A DNA stretch of 64,000 nt from the IMG/VR virus record IMGVR_UViG_3300015242_000024, positions 4,780 to 68,779 of that record; one strand, written 5' to 3'. This DNA is from a virus. The position numbers were made by a program, and so were the translations under genes. Positions 27,270 through 37,943 of the stretch are shown here, piece after piece. The notes under the pieces were generated by a model that searched no databases, was not told the DNA's origin, and saw only the letters and a program-made list of their open reading frames with translations. Each line of letters opens with the position of its first letter. Positions within the stretch are counted from its first letter, which is position 1.

Positions 27270-27620
27270 TTGGCAACGACAGTTTATACTACTGAGGAAG
27301 TCCAGCTTCAGGATGGTTCTACAGTAACACTCAAGCCGCTGGTTATTAAGGCTCTACGTAAGTTTATGAAGATTATGGAGTCCTTTGGTGAGGCTGAGAA
27401 TGACGACGAGAGCTTTGAGATTCTTCTTGATGCCTCTGCTGTCTGTCTAAAGGGAGAGCGTCCAGAATTCTGGGACGACAAGGAAAACAAGCACTCCGAG
27501 GCTTACGAAGATGTTGCAGATATGCCGACGATTTACAAGGTGATTGATGTTTGTGGTGGTATCAAGCTCAATGACCCAAATCTTCTAGCGATGGCTCAGG
27601 AGGCTCTTGGTCAGAACTAG
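27270..27620 (+). CDS. tail assembly chaperone (G-like)
   Basis: Lies between major tail and tape measure. Confidence 0.8.
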   Translation: MATTVYTTEEVQLQDGSTVTLKPLVIKALRKFMKIMESFGEAENDDESFEILLDASAVCLKGERPEFWDDKENKHSEAYEDVADMPTIYKVIDVCGGIKLNDPNLLAMAQEALGQN

Positions 27621-27919
27621 ACCTTGCTGGTCTAGAGGCCGAGGTTTTTCTCCTAGGCCAATGGAAAAACTTTGAGGAGATTGAGGACAACCTCACTCTC
27701 GATGAACTTCAAGCAATTCTAGAGGCATCGCGCAAGCAGGAGTATGACAGGCACAAGTTCGCGGCTGCTCTTAAGGGAGTAGATTTGGACGCTGAAAGAA
27801 AGAGTGAATCTTCATTTGAGGAAGTGAAGAGAAGAGCGGAAGCAAAACTGCGCGGTATTACCGAAGAGCAGATTGAGTTTTCCGACATTGGTATCGCAAT
27901 GGTTGAAGAAGAAAATTAA
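27575..27919 (+). CDS. tail assembly chaperone -1 frameshift extension (GT-like)
   Basis: Slippery C CCA AAT at 27575-27581; -1 frame opens there and runs to TAA 27919 (...WSELDLAGLEAEVFLLGQWK...). Confidence 0.75.
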   Translation, partial: PKSSSDGSGGSWSELDLAGLEAEVFLLGQWKNFEEIEDNLTLDELQAILEASRKQEYDRHKFAAALKGVDLDAERKSESSFEEVKRRAEAKLRGITEEQIEFSDIGIAMVEEEN

Positions 27920-27931
27920 GGACTGAGACAA

Positions 27932-30900
27932 ATAGAAAATATCCAGATTCGATTTAGTGGCTCTGCAAACTTTAGTGAGGTTTCCAGAGAAGTAGCCCGC
28001 CTGAATGCGCAGTTGCAGACAATGCAGCGCAACATGTCTGCGGGTGCTTTGTCGATGAGCGATGTTAACTCTCAGCGTGCAGCTTTCAACCAGCGAATTA
28101 ACCAGACGGGCAGCCTAGCTACACAGGCTGTCCAAGCTAGAACTGCAACAACAGTTCTTACAGAGGCATTGATTAAGCAGGATGTTTCCCTGCGTCAGTC
28201 AATGCAGGTTCGTAAGCAGTTTACGAATATCCTTAGAGAACAGTATCAGCTCCAGAGAGCAATGGCTGTTCAGTATACGACTTCAACGTCCGGCCGAATG
28301 AGCGCGGACATGATTATTCCACGAGACGCATCAGCTAGAGTAAGCCAGATGACAGGTTCTTTGGCAGCAAACTCGCGTGCGCTTGTGACCAATTTGAGAA
28401 ATACAGCCCTGCTGAGTGAAGCATGGGGCGTTATGCGTGTCCGAATTGGTCTTGCAGCAGCAGCAATGAATGCCGCATCTGCTTCCATGATTAAGTGGGG
28501 TAAGAATACCCAGTGGGCTGGTCGTCAGCTTATGGTTGGTTTCACAGTCCCCCTTATGGCATTTGGCGCGGTGGCTGGAAAGGCTGCCTATGACGTAGAC
28601 GCTGCAATGACTCGTATTGCAAAGGTTTACGATACAACAGCCACAACAGTTGCCGGAAGACAGAGAGAAATGGACCAGCTTAGAATTCAGTCCATGTCTA
28701 TGGCTACTCAGGTAGCCAAGCTTTATGGTCAGTCAATGAAGGACACCCTCGGTATTGAGGCCGACCTTGCTGCGACAGGTCTAAAGGGTGCTCAGCTACA
28801 GCAGTCTACCGTAGCTGTTACTCGTGCCGCAACTCTTGGTGAATTGGATAAGCAGCAGGCTATTAAGGCCACCATCGCTTTGCAGTCCGTTTATGGTGAT
28901 AGTTCCGAGCAGCTAGCTAAGGACTTCAACTACATGAACGCAATCGAGAATGCGACAAGCCTTTCTATGCAGGACTTCGTTGATGCTATCCCTCGTGGTG
29001 CTGGTGTTATGAAGAATCTTGGTGTTGACCTTCGTGAAATGGGTATTATCCTTGTAGCCCTTAAGCAGAATGGTATTTCTGCTGCCGAAGGTATGAACGG
29101 TATGCGTTCCGCCTCTCAGCGTCTCCTTATGATTACTCCAAAGGCTGAAAAGACTTGGCATCAGCTACTTCCAGATGCCGGGAATCTTCAGAAGATTGTT
29201 GATGTAAATAAGGGAGAGTTCATCCCCATCCTTCAGCAGATGGGTGAGGAAATGAAGAACCTTGACAATTACCAGAAGCAGGAAATCATTGCCCGAGTAT
29301 TTGGTGTCTACCAGGCCAACAAGATTTATGGTGTTCTTGACGGACTTATCAATAGAACTGGTCAGGTAAAGACTGCATATGGCGTAATGAATCAGGATAT
29401 CAAGGATTCCGGAAAGAGCGCGGATATTGCACAGAACGAGCTTTCTAAGATGGCCGAGTCTGCATCAGGTAAGTTCAAGAGAGCGCTGGAAAGCATTAAG
29501 GCACAGCTAGCCAAGGTCGGGGAACCGTTCCTTGAGATTGGTGCTAAGATTCTTGGATTTGTTGGCGGGTTGTTCGATATGTTCAATTCAATGCCAGGAA
29601 TGTTCAAGAAGGTTCTAGCAGCCCTAGTAATTGGTGGTGCCATTCTAGGTCCAATCATTATGCTAGTCGGTTTGTTCGGTAACCTTATCGGACACATCAT
29701 GAAGCTTGGTGGTCTAATCACTGGTCTATTCTCAAGATTCCGCCCATTGACAGTAGAACAAAGAGCGCAGGCAATGCTTGCAGAGCGCTCTACTTTGGCA
29801 TGGAACAACCAGGGAAGAGCCGCACAGGCCCTTGCTGGTCAGCTTGCAATGCTTACCACTCAGATGGAGCGTCAGGCACTTGCACAGATGCAGGCCAACG
29901 GAACAGCAATTACGCGCTTTGGTAATACTACTCCAAATTACGCCACAAACATTGGTGGAATTGGTCCAGCAGCGCCAGTTGCAGGACAGTACCGACAGAC
30001 AGCGAATGGCCGTTACCAGAATACCTCAACAGGTCGATTTGTTTCTTCAAGAGAAGCAAACGCCTATGCAGCAGCTCAGGCAGCAGCAGCTAGGTCATCT
30101 GCACAGACAGCCGCAACCACAGCAACCACCTCAAGAAACTGGGGAAGAATTGCTATGGCAATGGGTGGTGTCGGAATTGTAGCGGCATCAATGTCCGCAG
30201 CTTCCGGTGAGACAAGCAAGATGATGAATTACCTCATGACTGCATTGTTCACTGCTTCCCTCATTGGTCCAGCAATCATGAAGGGTATTAGGAATGCCGG
30301 AATTGCTCAGGCATTCGCTAACATGACTTCAGCGTTTGGATTCGGTCGTGGAGTCGCCGCCGCAGGTGGCGCGGGCGCAGCCGGAAGACTTGGAACTGGT
30401 CTAGCAGCAGCCGCAGCACCAGCCGGACGATTGGTTATGCTCTTTACCAGATTCGCTGGACCTGCTGGTCTGCTAATTACCGCCGGGTATCTTGCATTCA
30501 AGCTTTATGGAAACATGAAGAAGGGTGTAGAAACCCAGAAGAGAATCAATGAATCAGCAAAGGACTGGGCTAGCGTTCTGGGATTTGTTTACCAGGAAGC
30601 TGGAGCCATTGAGAAGAAGAATGGTGACATTGTCCTTACCATTGATGCTCAGGTAACTAAGCTTAAGGAAAAGAACAAGGAGCTTGTTAAGAGTCTTCAG
30701 CTAGCTAAGGAGAACGGCAAGGAGCAGGACGCCATCAACCTTGCCATTGCCGAAGGTCTCAAGGTCAAGAACCATGGCGGTTCTGCTGATGAGGCTACCA
30801 CAGCTACCAAGGTTTCTCTCCGTGCTGCTGGATATAGCACACAGCAGATTGAGACCATGATGATTAAGGTCAAGGCTCAGGTTGATTTCTCTGACGCCAA

Positions 30901-33900
30901 GAGCACCATCAACAAGCAGATGGACCAGTTCAAGACTGACTTCAACAAGATTGCCAATAACAAGTTTGGTCAGGGAAGCTGGGAGGGATTCTCCCGTGCA
31001 TTCTCTGGTCGTGGTGAAATTAATAAGAATGCTGCCGAGCGTGGTAAGGGAATGGCTAACGAATTCTGGACCGGATTCCAGGCTACCTCTGATATGAAGT
31101 CTCGTCGCGACTACTTCGATTCATTCTTCAAGAATGTAGAGAAGGAGCAGCACACTGCTTGGGGTCGTCTTGGTAACTCTAACCGTGCAGACCTAAAGAA
31201 GGTCGGAATTGATTCCTGGAAGGAATTTGCACAGGCTTACACTGATGCCCAGAGTATGACAGACGTTGAATTCAAGGACACATGGGGGCAGGGAAATCTT
31301 GAGCAGGCTAACAAGATGAAGCAGGCTCTCCGTGGACTTGGTGGAGAAACCACTCGTTATGCGGAAAAGCACATCGATGCTGAGAAATACATTGCTCAGG
31401 CCATTGCTAAGAAGAACAACATGTCTGACGAAGATGTCAAGAATGTAAAGACTCTAGAAGACCTTTACGGAAAGCTTGACATGGCTACCATGACTGTTGC
31501 TGACGCACAGGCTGTATATAAGCGAGTTCTTATGCAGGCTTATCGTGACCAGGGCAATCTCTCAAAGGCTGAGCAGCTTCGTATCCTTAACATTTACCGA
31601 GTTAACGCCGGTTTGGAAAAGGCTGGAAACGTAACTGACCAGTTTGGTGCTGCTACTGATGCAACTACCGGAAAGGTAAAGGCCAATGCAGATGCAATGG
31701 CTGATGCTGCTCTTACAATTGATGACCTAAACAACGCCCGACAGAAGTCAATGTCTGGTGCTCAGGATTATGCCTTGGGCGCAGCCGATGAAATCTGGTC
31801 AGAGCGTGCAGACGCAGAGGTTCAGGCAATTGAAGACCGTGGACAGCGACGTGAAGATGCTCTAGACGCAGCCGCAGAAAAGCAGGACGCAAGATTTGAT
31901 GCTCGTGGAGAAGCTGCTGACAAGCGATTCGATAAGCGCTCAAAGAATCTCGACAAGCGCTGGGATAAGATTATGGATGATTTCGATAATCGTTGGGATG
32001 CCCGTCTAAAGAAGGAAGAGGACGGATATAACAAGAGAATCGATAACATCAAGAAGGCTATCGATGCTGAGGAGAAGGCTGAAGAGGCACGGCAGAAGAT
32101 TTTCGAGGCTGAGAAGACTCGTATGGAAAGAATGGCTACAATTGCTAATCAGAGAATTGATTTCAATACAGCTATTAACACTGGAAACCTTGACGAAGCC
32201 GCTAAGGTAATGAACAACATCAGTTCAACCCAGGATTCCTGGACATTGGACGATGCTGCTAACTCTAGCCAGTCTCAGTCTGACGCTAACAAGGCTAAGA
32301 TGGAAGGTCAGATTACCACCATTGAAGCCGCTCGTGATAAGCGTCTAGAGTCTTTGAAGAAGGTCGAAGAGGCTGAAAAGAAGGCTCTAGAGGCCAAGAA
32401 GGAGCGCGAGACTGAGGCACTTGCCGCAGAGCGTGAGCGTTACCAGAAGGCTTTGGATGCTGAAAGAGAGCGCTACCGTAAGGGTATTGAGGCTCAGAAG
32501 AAGGCTATCCAGGAGCAGACTCAGCGTGATTCAGAGGCTAAGCGTAAGGAGCTTGAGCGTGCAAAGAAGACTCTTGAGCTTGAGTTGCTTGCTGTTCGTG
32601 CTTCTATTCCTCGTAATAAGAAGGAATATCAGAAGCAGATTTCCACAATTGAGGGTCTTTACAAGAAGTACGGAATCAATCTAAAGGCTCAGGGTAATGG
32701 ATGGTCTAAGACAATTGGTGACGGACTTACAGCCCACATCAAGGAAGCATCTGCTGACCTTAAGAACACAATCAACTGGAAGTCTATTGGTAACTCTGTA
32801 ACTCAGAGCATGGTTGATGGTGGATTCGGAATGTCCACATCAGAATTCATGAAGTGGGTTACGACTGGTGACCTTCCAAAGAACTACAAGGCTCCGTCTA
32901 AGCCAAAGACTCGACACAAGGGTGGTCCTGTTTCTGGAAACTCCAAGTACGATAACCGTGGTGGACGTAACTGGGGAACTGGAATCCGCCGTGACGAATC
33001 ATTCGCACTGCTAAAGAATGACGAATATGTTCTTAGTGGAAAGGCTCACAAGTCTCTCGGAACCCGCGCTCTTGACCAAATCAATAGCGGAAAGGGCACC
33101 GGAGGAATTGGTGGCGCTGATAATACCCAGATGGGTCTTGTGGGAGCTTACGCTTCTGGCCTTGCTGGAATGTTTGAAGCAGCAGCAGAAATGGGTGTTC
33201 AGGCCGCAGGTGACCAGGCAGCCGGATTTGGTATCGATGGAATGGGAATTCCTGGTAAGGCCGGAATGTACGGCGGTATCAATCTAAATTCTGAGCAGAT
33301 GAAGAATGCAGCAACCATTATTGGTGTCGGTAAGGGAATGGGAGCAACAAACTCTGACCTTATCGTATCGATTATGACTGCTATGCAGGAATCTACACTG
33401 CGTAACCTTCCATATGGTGACCGTGACTCTATTGGTCTATTCCAGCAGCGTCCTAGCCAGGGTTGGGGAACAAAGGAGCAGATTATGAATCCTTCATACT
33501 CTGCCCACAAGTTCTTCGATTCCTTGCTCGCAATGAAGGGCCGACACAAGCTCAGCCTAACTCAGCAGGCTCAGGCAGTTCAGCGTTCTGGATTCCCAGA
33601 GGCTTATGCTAAGTGGCAGGCAATGGCTCAGCAGGTTGTTGCTGGAACTGGATTTGAAGCATTCTCCGGAGCAGGAAGCGGAAAGAAGCAGAAGCCTGTT
33701 TCTGGTCCTGTCTCTCGTGACTGGTACCACCACAGCAACCTTCCTCGCGCTACCGACTTTGGTGTAGGTGTTGGAACTCCAGTTAGAGCAGCCATGAATG
33801 GTCGCGTTGTAACTTCTACTGACCTTCGTGGTGCAGGAAACGGCGGGTATCGTTCATACGGCCGATACATTGTTGTTCAGTCTGGAAACGAAAAGACTCT

Positions 33901-34318
33901 ATATGCTCACCTTTCTAAGAGAGGCGTAAGCGCAGGAAGCAATGTTCGTGCAGGACAGCTAATTGGTTCATCTGGTAATACAGGTAATTCAACTGGTCCT
34001 CACCTTCACTTTGAGACATGGCGTGGAGGAAAGACTGTTCCACCAGGTACATTCGGTATTCCTGGATTGAAGAAGGGCGGGTTCACCATGAATGATGGAT
34101 ACGCAATGCTTCACAAGAATGAAGCCGTTCTAACCGCTCCTTTGACAGAGCAGCTTAAGAATGGAATTCAGAATATTGACCAGGGCGTAAATAACGATTA
34201 CAATGTAAATGTGAACTTCTATGGACCAGTCAATACAGAAATTGACGTAGAGAAGGCTGTAACGACAGCCCTCAATAAGAGAGACAGTAAGCTAGGAAGG
34301 AATAGGCAGATTACATGA
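27932..34318 (+). CDS. tape measure protein with C-terminal lysozyme-like and M23 peptidase domains
   Basis: Over 2100 aa, Ala-rich helical; MQES..GLFQQR and YAHL..GPHLHFE; start probably ATA 27932 (track uses TTG 28013). Confidence 0.9.
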   Translation: MENIQIRFSGSANFSEVSREVARLNAQLQTMQRNMSAGALSMSDVNSQRAAFNQRINQTGSLATQAVQARTATTVLTEALIKQDVSLRQSMQVRKQFTNILREQYQLQRAMAVQYTTSTSGRMSADMIIPRDASARVSQMTGSLAANSRALVTNLRNTALLSEAWGVMRVRIGLAAAAMNAASASMIKWGKNTQWAGRQLMVGFTVPLMAFGAVAGKAAYDVDAAMTRIAKVYDTTATTVAGRQREMDQLRIQSMSMATQVAKLYGQSMKDTLGIEADLAATGLKGAQLQQSTVAVTRAATLGELDKQQAIKATIALQSVYGDSSEQLAKDFNYMNAIENATSLSMQDFVDAIPRGAGVMKNLGVDLREMGIILVALKQNGISAAEGMNGMRSASQRLLMITPKAEKTWHQLLPDAGNLQKIVDVNKGEFIPILQQMGEEMKNLDNYQKQEIIARVFGVYQANKIYGVLDGLINRTGQVKTAYGVMNQDIKDSGKSADIAQNELSKMAESASGKFKRALESIKAQLAKVGEPFLEIGAKILGFVGGLFDMFNSMPGMFKKVLAALVIGGAILGPIIMLVGLFGNLIGHIMKLGGLITGLFSRFRPLTVEQRAQAMLAERSTLAWNNQGRAAQALAGQLAMLTTQMERQALAQMQANGTAITRFGNTTPNYATNIGGIGPAAPVAGQYRQTANGRYQNTSTGRFVSSREANAYAAAQAAAARSSAQTAATTATTSRNWGRIAMAMGGVGIVAASMSAASGETSKMMNYLMTALFTASLIGPAIMKGIRNAGIAQAFANMTSAFGFGRGVAAAGGAGAAGRLGTGLAAAAAPAGRLVMLFTRFAGPAGLLITAGYLAFKLYGNMKKGVETQKRINESAKDWASVLGFVYQEAGAIEKKNGDIVLTIDAQVTKLKEKNKELVKSLQLAKENGKEQDAINLAIAEGLKVKNHGGSADEATTATKVSLRAAGYSTQQIETMMIKVKAQVDFSDAKSTINKQMDQFKTDFNKIANNKFGQGSWEGFSRAFSGRGEINKNAAERGKGMANEFWTGFQATSDMKSRRDYFDSFFKNVEKEQHTAWGRLGNSNRADLKKVGIDSWKEFAQAYTDAQSMTDVEFKDTWGQGNLEQANKMKQALRGLGGETTRYAEKHIDAEKYIAQAIAKKNNMSDEDVKNVKTLEDLYGKLDMATMTVADAQAVYKRVLMQAYRDQGNLSKAEQLRILNIYRVNAGLEKAGNVTDQFGAATDATTGKVKANADAMADAALTIDDLNNARQKSMSGAQDYALGAADEIWSERADAEVQAIEDRGQRREDALDAAAEKQDARFDARGEAADKRFDKRSKNLDKRWDKIMDDFDNRWDARLKKEEDGYNKRIDNIKKAIDAEEKAEEARQKIFEAEKTRMERMATIANQRIDFNTAINTGNLDEAAKVMNNISSTQDSWTLDDAANSSQSQSDANKAKMEGQITTIEAARDKRLESLKKVEEAEKKALEAKKERETEALAAERERYQKALDAERERYRKGIEAQKKAIQEQTQRDSEAKRKELERAKKTLELELLAVRASIPRNKKEYQKQISTIEGLYKKYGINLKAQGNGWSKTIGDGLTAHIKEASADLKNTINWKSIGNSVTQSMVDGGFGMSTSEFMKWVTTGDLPKNYKAPSKPKTRHKGGPVSGNSKYDNRGGRNWGTGIRRDESFALLKNDEYVLSGKAHKSLGTRALDQINSGKGTGGIGGADNTQMGLVGAYASGLAGMFEAAAEMGVQAAGDQAAGFGIDGMGIPGKAGMYGGINLNSEQMKNAATIIGVGKGMGATNSDLIVSIMTAMQESTLRNLPYGDRDSIGLFQQRPSQGWGTKEQIMNPSYSAHKFFDSLLAMKGRHKLSLTQQAQAVQRSGFPEAYAKWQAMAQQVVAGTGFEAFSGAGSGKKQKPVSGPVSRDWYHHSNLPRATDFGVGVGTPVRAAMNGRVVTSTDLRGAGNGGYRSYGRYIVVQSGNEKTLYAHLSKRGVSAGSNVRAGQLIGSSGNTGNSTGPHLHFETWRGGKTVPPGTFGIPGLKKGGFTMNDGYAMLHKNEAVLTAPLTEQLKNGIQNIDQGVNNDYNVNVNFYGPVNTEIDVEKAVTTALNKRDSKLGRNRQIT

Positions 34319-34716
34319 GCATGACTTTTATCAAGCCGAGACTGATGCGCTGGAATGGTAATGCAATTACCGACCACAATCGTGCTCAGCTAACAATCGA
34401 TGTCGAAAGAATCGAGAAGAAGCAGCGTATGTCAAACGGAACAATGAGAAAGTATATCATTGCTGACAAGCGCACTTTCAGTACATCATGGACTATGCTT
34501 CCTAAGTTGACAGTACAGACAGTCGATGGTTTCTGGGGAGGAGAGGCAATTGAGGCATTCTACAATACAGTGCCTGGTAACTTCTCCCTGGAAATCACTG
34601 ACGGAGATGGCGATATTTCTGAGTACACCGTAATGATGGGTGACTTCTCAAAGAACATCGTAAAGCGCGGTAGCACAGACTTTTGGGAAATCTCTGTCAG
34701 CCTGGAAGAGGTCTGA
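34315..34716 (+). CDS. minor tail protein (distal-tail-like)
   Basis: Directly follows tape measure. Confidence 0.65.
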   Translation: MSMTFIKPRLMRWNGNAITDHNRAQLTIDVERIEKKQRMSNGTMRKYIIADKRTFSTSWTMLPKLTVQTVDGFWGGEAIEAFYNTVPGNFSLEITDGDGDISEYTVMMGDFSKNIVKRGSTDFWEISVSLEEV

Positions 34717-34717
34717 C

Positions 34718-37700
34718 ATGCAGAGTGCTTCGCTGTTTTACCAGAACGCCCTCAAGCAGGGCGAGGCTCTTTTCCCCAGCGCCCGTGTAATTGCTGAGTG
34801 GAACCACAACCGATACACAAAGGTTACGACCGTAGATAATTATCAGTACGATGAGAAGACCAACGGTTATGACCTTGACATGTATCCTATCGATACCATC
34901 ATCGACCCTATCCGACCAACGGCGGGTTTGCTGAAGGCTCGTGCTGGTGAAGGTGCAGTAGTTCAGGGATACTCAGACACAGTCCGTGGATATAGAACGT
35001 ATACGGCTGACCCAGATTCCAAGTACAAGTATTGGACTGGTCCAGCTCAGGCAAATGACACGCCTTACACAGGTGGTGGTTGGACTTTGCCCGAACCTAT
35101 TAGGCCACATATTGTTTATGAAGCCAATGTGTTGACAAACAAGATTTATATCGCTATTGAAGATTCTTGGGCGGGTCCAGAAAAGTGGGATATTCAGATT
35201 ACCACTAATGGAACTACCTGGACTACAGTAGCTTCAGACCTGAACCTAAACAGTAAGGGTCAGCTCTTGCTCTATCTACAGGATGACAATTCCTGGACAA
35301 CAACAGAAAACCGTGCGAATGGAATGCAGCTTCGTGGTCTAAAGTTGGTCGTAAAGTCTATGGACAGACACAACTCTTGGTTCAACTTGATTGAGCTTGG
35401 ATGTCGTCTGGAGAAGGATTTGTCTGACAGGCTTATGGATTATGATATCAAGAATGAGCTTGGCGATACAGACTTCATCACTCCTCTTGGAACAATTAGT
35501 TCTAATACCGGTTCAATTACGCTATCTAATATTGATGGAATCTTTAATAACGATAATGCAGATTCTCCTTATAAGGGAATTATTGATGCTAATGTAAAGT
35601 TTACTGTTGATTTCGCAATTGATGTAACTGACTGGGGTGGCTCAGGAATGGAATACATTCGTCAGGCCACAATGTATTCGGAAGCATGGTCCGGTGGTGA
35701 GGAATCAGTTTCGATTCCACTAAAGGATGCTTCAAAGTTTCTTCAGGAAGTCAAGCCTCTACCAGAATTGATGCAGGATGTCACTATTGGTATGGCTATC
35801 TGGCGCATGCTGGATTCTATCGGGTTTATTGATTATCAGTACACACGTAGTGCAGAGGTAGCTTCAAACCAGATTCAATTCTTCTGGACAGATGACCAGA
35901 AGACTGTATGGGATAACATTCAGGAGCTTTGCCGTGTAACACAGTCGGCAGCTTACTTTGATGAGCACGGTATTCTACAGATTAAGTCACGAGATTCAGC
36001 ATTCGATAAGAGCAAGCCTGTTACATGGACATTTGACTATGCGCAGAATGGCTCAAAGATGCCAGACATTGTTGACCTTACTGTAGGAAGTGCTTTCGAG
36101 GCTAACAAGGTCACTGTCAAGTACCAGAAGACCAATCTTGCACAGGATGCTCAGGGACGACCAATCTCTGAAATCGTTTGGCAGCCAGACGACACTATTG
36201 TTCTTCGTAGCTCTAATTTGACTACAGCTATTCTTAAGACTGATATGCGCTTCTGGATTGACAAGAAGGATATTGATACATGGCCTTATGAAGGTATGGT
36301 CAATATGCGTGGTGAGCTTATCAAGTACAAGGGTAAGGGATATCGTTACTATAAGAAGGGCGGTACCTACACAGGCAACATTGACAATGACACAATCTTC
36401 AAGGTCATTTACACAAGTGATGAGAAGTTGCAGATTGATAATGAGCTTTCTAACCCAGAGCATTCCTGGAGGAATTATTTCACCGGGTATATGCGATGTG
36501 AAGAGCGTGGCTACGATAGCACAACTGCTCAGGACCATGACCTTGTTCAGAATGTATGGTTGACCAATGGCTCTTATTATGGAACCTCTGGAACGCAGAA
36601 GTTGTGGAATGGTGGAACCAAGTTTATGGTATCGGATGGAATTCTTCGTCTCCAGTCTACTGGAAAGAAGGCAACAAGCAAGCACTGGTACACAGCCCGT
36701 CGTGGTGCGTGGACTGGTGAGTCTCCAAAGTTCATTGGTACCAGAATGAGATTCCCTACCAGCCCAAAGGGGAAGAACATGAATGCCGGAATTTGGGTCT
36801 GGGGAAATACAGCCCAGAACCAGATGTATGGAATTGATATCACTGCGACGACTCACGTAGACCGTAAGGTTGGAAATGAGATTCGTATCCTTAAGAGGAA
36901 GAGTAACGGAACGGTAACTCAGCTTTCTAAGGGTGCAGCATTCGCTATTAATGAGAATGCTTGGTATGACATTGATGTTGTTGTGACTAGCACTGCTAGA
37001 TTCACTGTCTTTGTAAACGGTCAGCTTGTTATCAATGTAATTGATAATGGAACAGACATTCCTGTGTCTGGTCGTGCTGGACTTTATGTCCGTGGTGATG
37101 GCGTTGCTGATTACGAATATTTCTACATGATGGCCGATGGTGGAATTCAAGAAACCGACCTGGATAATGAATCATATCTGGACATTATTCGCGGCGGGTA
37201 TTTCTCTAACCAGTATTATCGTGACTTTGTTACCCGTACACGAGTAGCACAGAAGCGTAGAGGAAAGAAGACCATCAAGTATACACAATGGTATGACCAG
37301 AGGTACTTCGATGAATTTGGTATGCAGGTTCATGAATACCGACCTTATGAAGTAACATTTGATAAGTCTCCGGTTCTCTACTCAAGTCTTTATGTCAGCA
37401 ATGAAGACCAAGTTGTACAGGATGAGTATGTTGGATACCCGTTTGGTGCACACTTTATCATTGCCAATGCATCCCGCTGGAACTCAGTAGTAAATGGTGA
37501 GGACACCCTCACTTATGGTTCGGACAACCCAGTAGACCAGAAGATTATGATTACTGGTAGAACAATTCAGCAGGCTGAGGCTACGGATTACGTGGTCACT
37601 GATGAACAGGCTGTCCGAGCAAGAGGAGAGATTGCACTTGAATTCAATTCTCAGTGGATTCAGTCAGAAGCAGCAGCAAAGTCTCTTGGAGACTGGATTG

Positions 37701-37906
37701 TAGCAAACTGGGCTGAGCCAGCAGACGAAATTGAAGTAGAGGTATTTGGTAATGCTCTCATTCAGATTGGTGATATTGTAGCCATTAACTATCCACCTAA
37801 GGATATGGTTGCCTCTACCCATAAGTATTTTGTCACATCAGTTTCAAACACTTGGGATAATGGATTGTCAACGACCCTGAATCTCAGGAGAGCTAGACTC
37901 GTATAA
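34718..37906 (+). CDS. minor tail or baseplate hub protein
   Basis: 1062 aa; C-terminal GNALIQIGDIV hub-like motif. Confidence 0.7.
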   Translation: MQSASLFYQNALKQGEALFPSARVIAEWNHNRYTKVTTVDNYQYDEKTNGYDLDMYPIDTIIDPIRPTAGLLKARAGEGAVVQGYSDTVRGYRTYTADPDSKYKYWTGPAQANDTPYTGGGWTLPEPIRPHIVYEANVLTNKIYIAIEDSWAGPEKWDIQITTNGTTWTTVASDLNLNSKGQLLLYLQDDNSWTTTENRANGMQLRGLKLVVKSMDRHNSWFNLIELGCRLEKDLSDRLMDYDIKNELGDTDFITPLGTISSNTGSITLSNIDGIFNNDNADSPYKGIIDANVKFTVDFAIDVTDWGGSGMEYIRQATMYSEAWSGGEESVSIPLKDASKFLQEVKPLPELMQDVTIGMAIWRMLDSIGFIDYQYTRSAEVASNQIQFFWTDDQKTVWDNIQELCRVTQSAAYFDEHGILQIKSRDSAFDKSKPVTWTFDYAQNGSKMPDIVDLTVGSAFEANKVTVKYQKTNLAQDAQGRPISEIVWQPDDTIVLRSSNLTTAILKTDMRFWIDKKDIDTWPYEGMVNMRGELIKYKGKGYRYYKKGGTYTGNIDNDTIFKVIYTSDEKLQIDNELSNPEHSWRNYFTGYMRCEERGYDSTTAQDHDLVQNVWLTNGSYYGTSGTQKLWNGGTKFMVSDGILRLQSTGKKATSKHWYTARRGAWTGESPKFIGTRMRFPTSPKGKNMNAGIWVWGNTAQNQMYGIDITATTHVDRKVGNEIRILKRKSNGTVTQLSKGAAFAINENAWYDIDVVVTSTARFTVFVNGQLVINVIDNGTDIPVSGRAGLYVRGDGVADYEYFYMMADGGIQETDLDNESYLDIIRGGYFSNQYYRDFVTRTRVAQKRRGKKTIKYTQWYDQRYFDEFGMQVHEYRPYEVTFDKSPVLYSSLYVSNEDQVVQDEYVGYPFGAHFIIANASRWNSVVNGEDTLTYGSDNPVDQKIMITGRTIQQAEATDYVVTDEQAVRARGEIALEFNSQWIQSEAAAKSLGDWIVANWAEPADEIEVEVFGNALIQIGDIVAINYPPKDMVASTHKYFVTSVSNTWDNGLSTTLNLRRARLV

Positions 37907-37943
37907 TTTGACTTTCGCTTGACCGAAAGATATAATTAACGAT

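Noticed and set aside
36053-37150. 365-aa minus-strand ORF
   Set aside because: Antisense shadow of the minor tail gene, with no motifs or RBS. Avoidance of TTA on the sense strand removes antisense stops.
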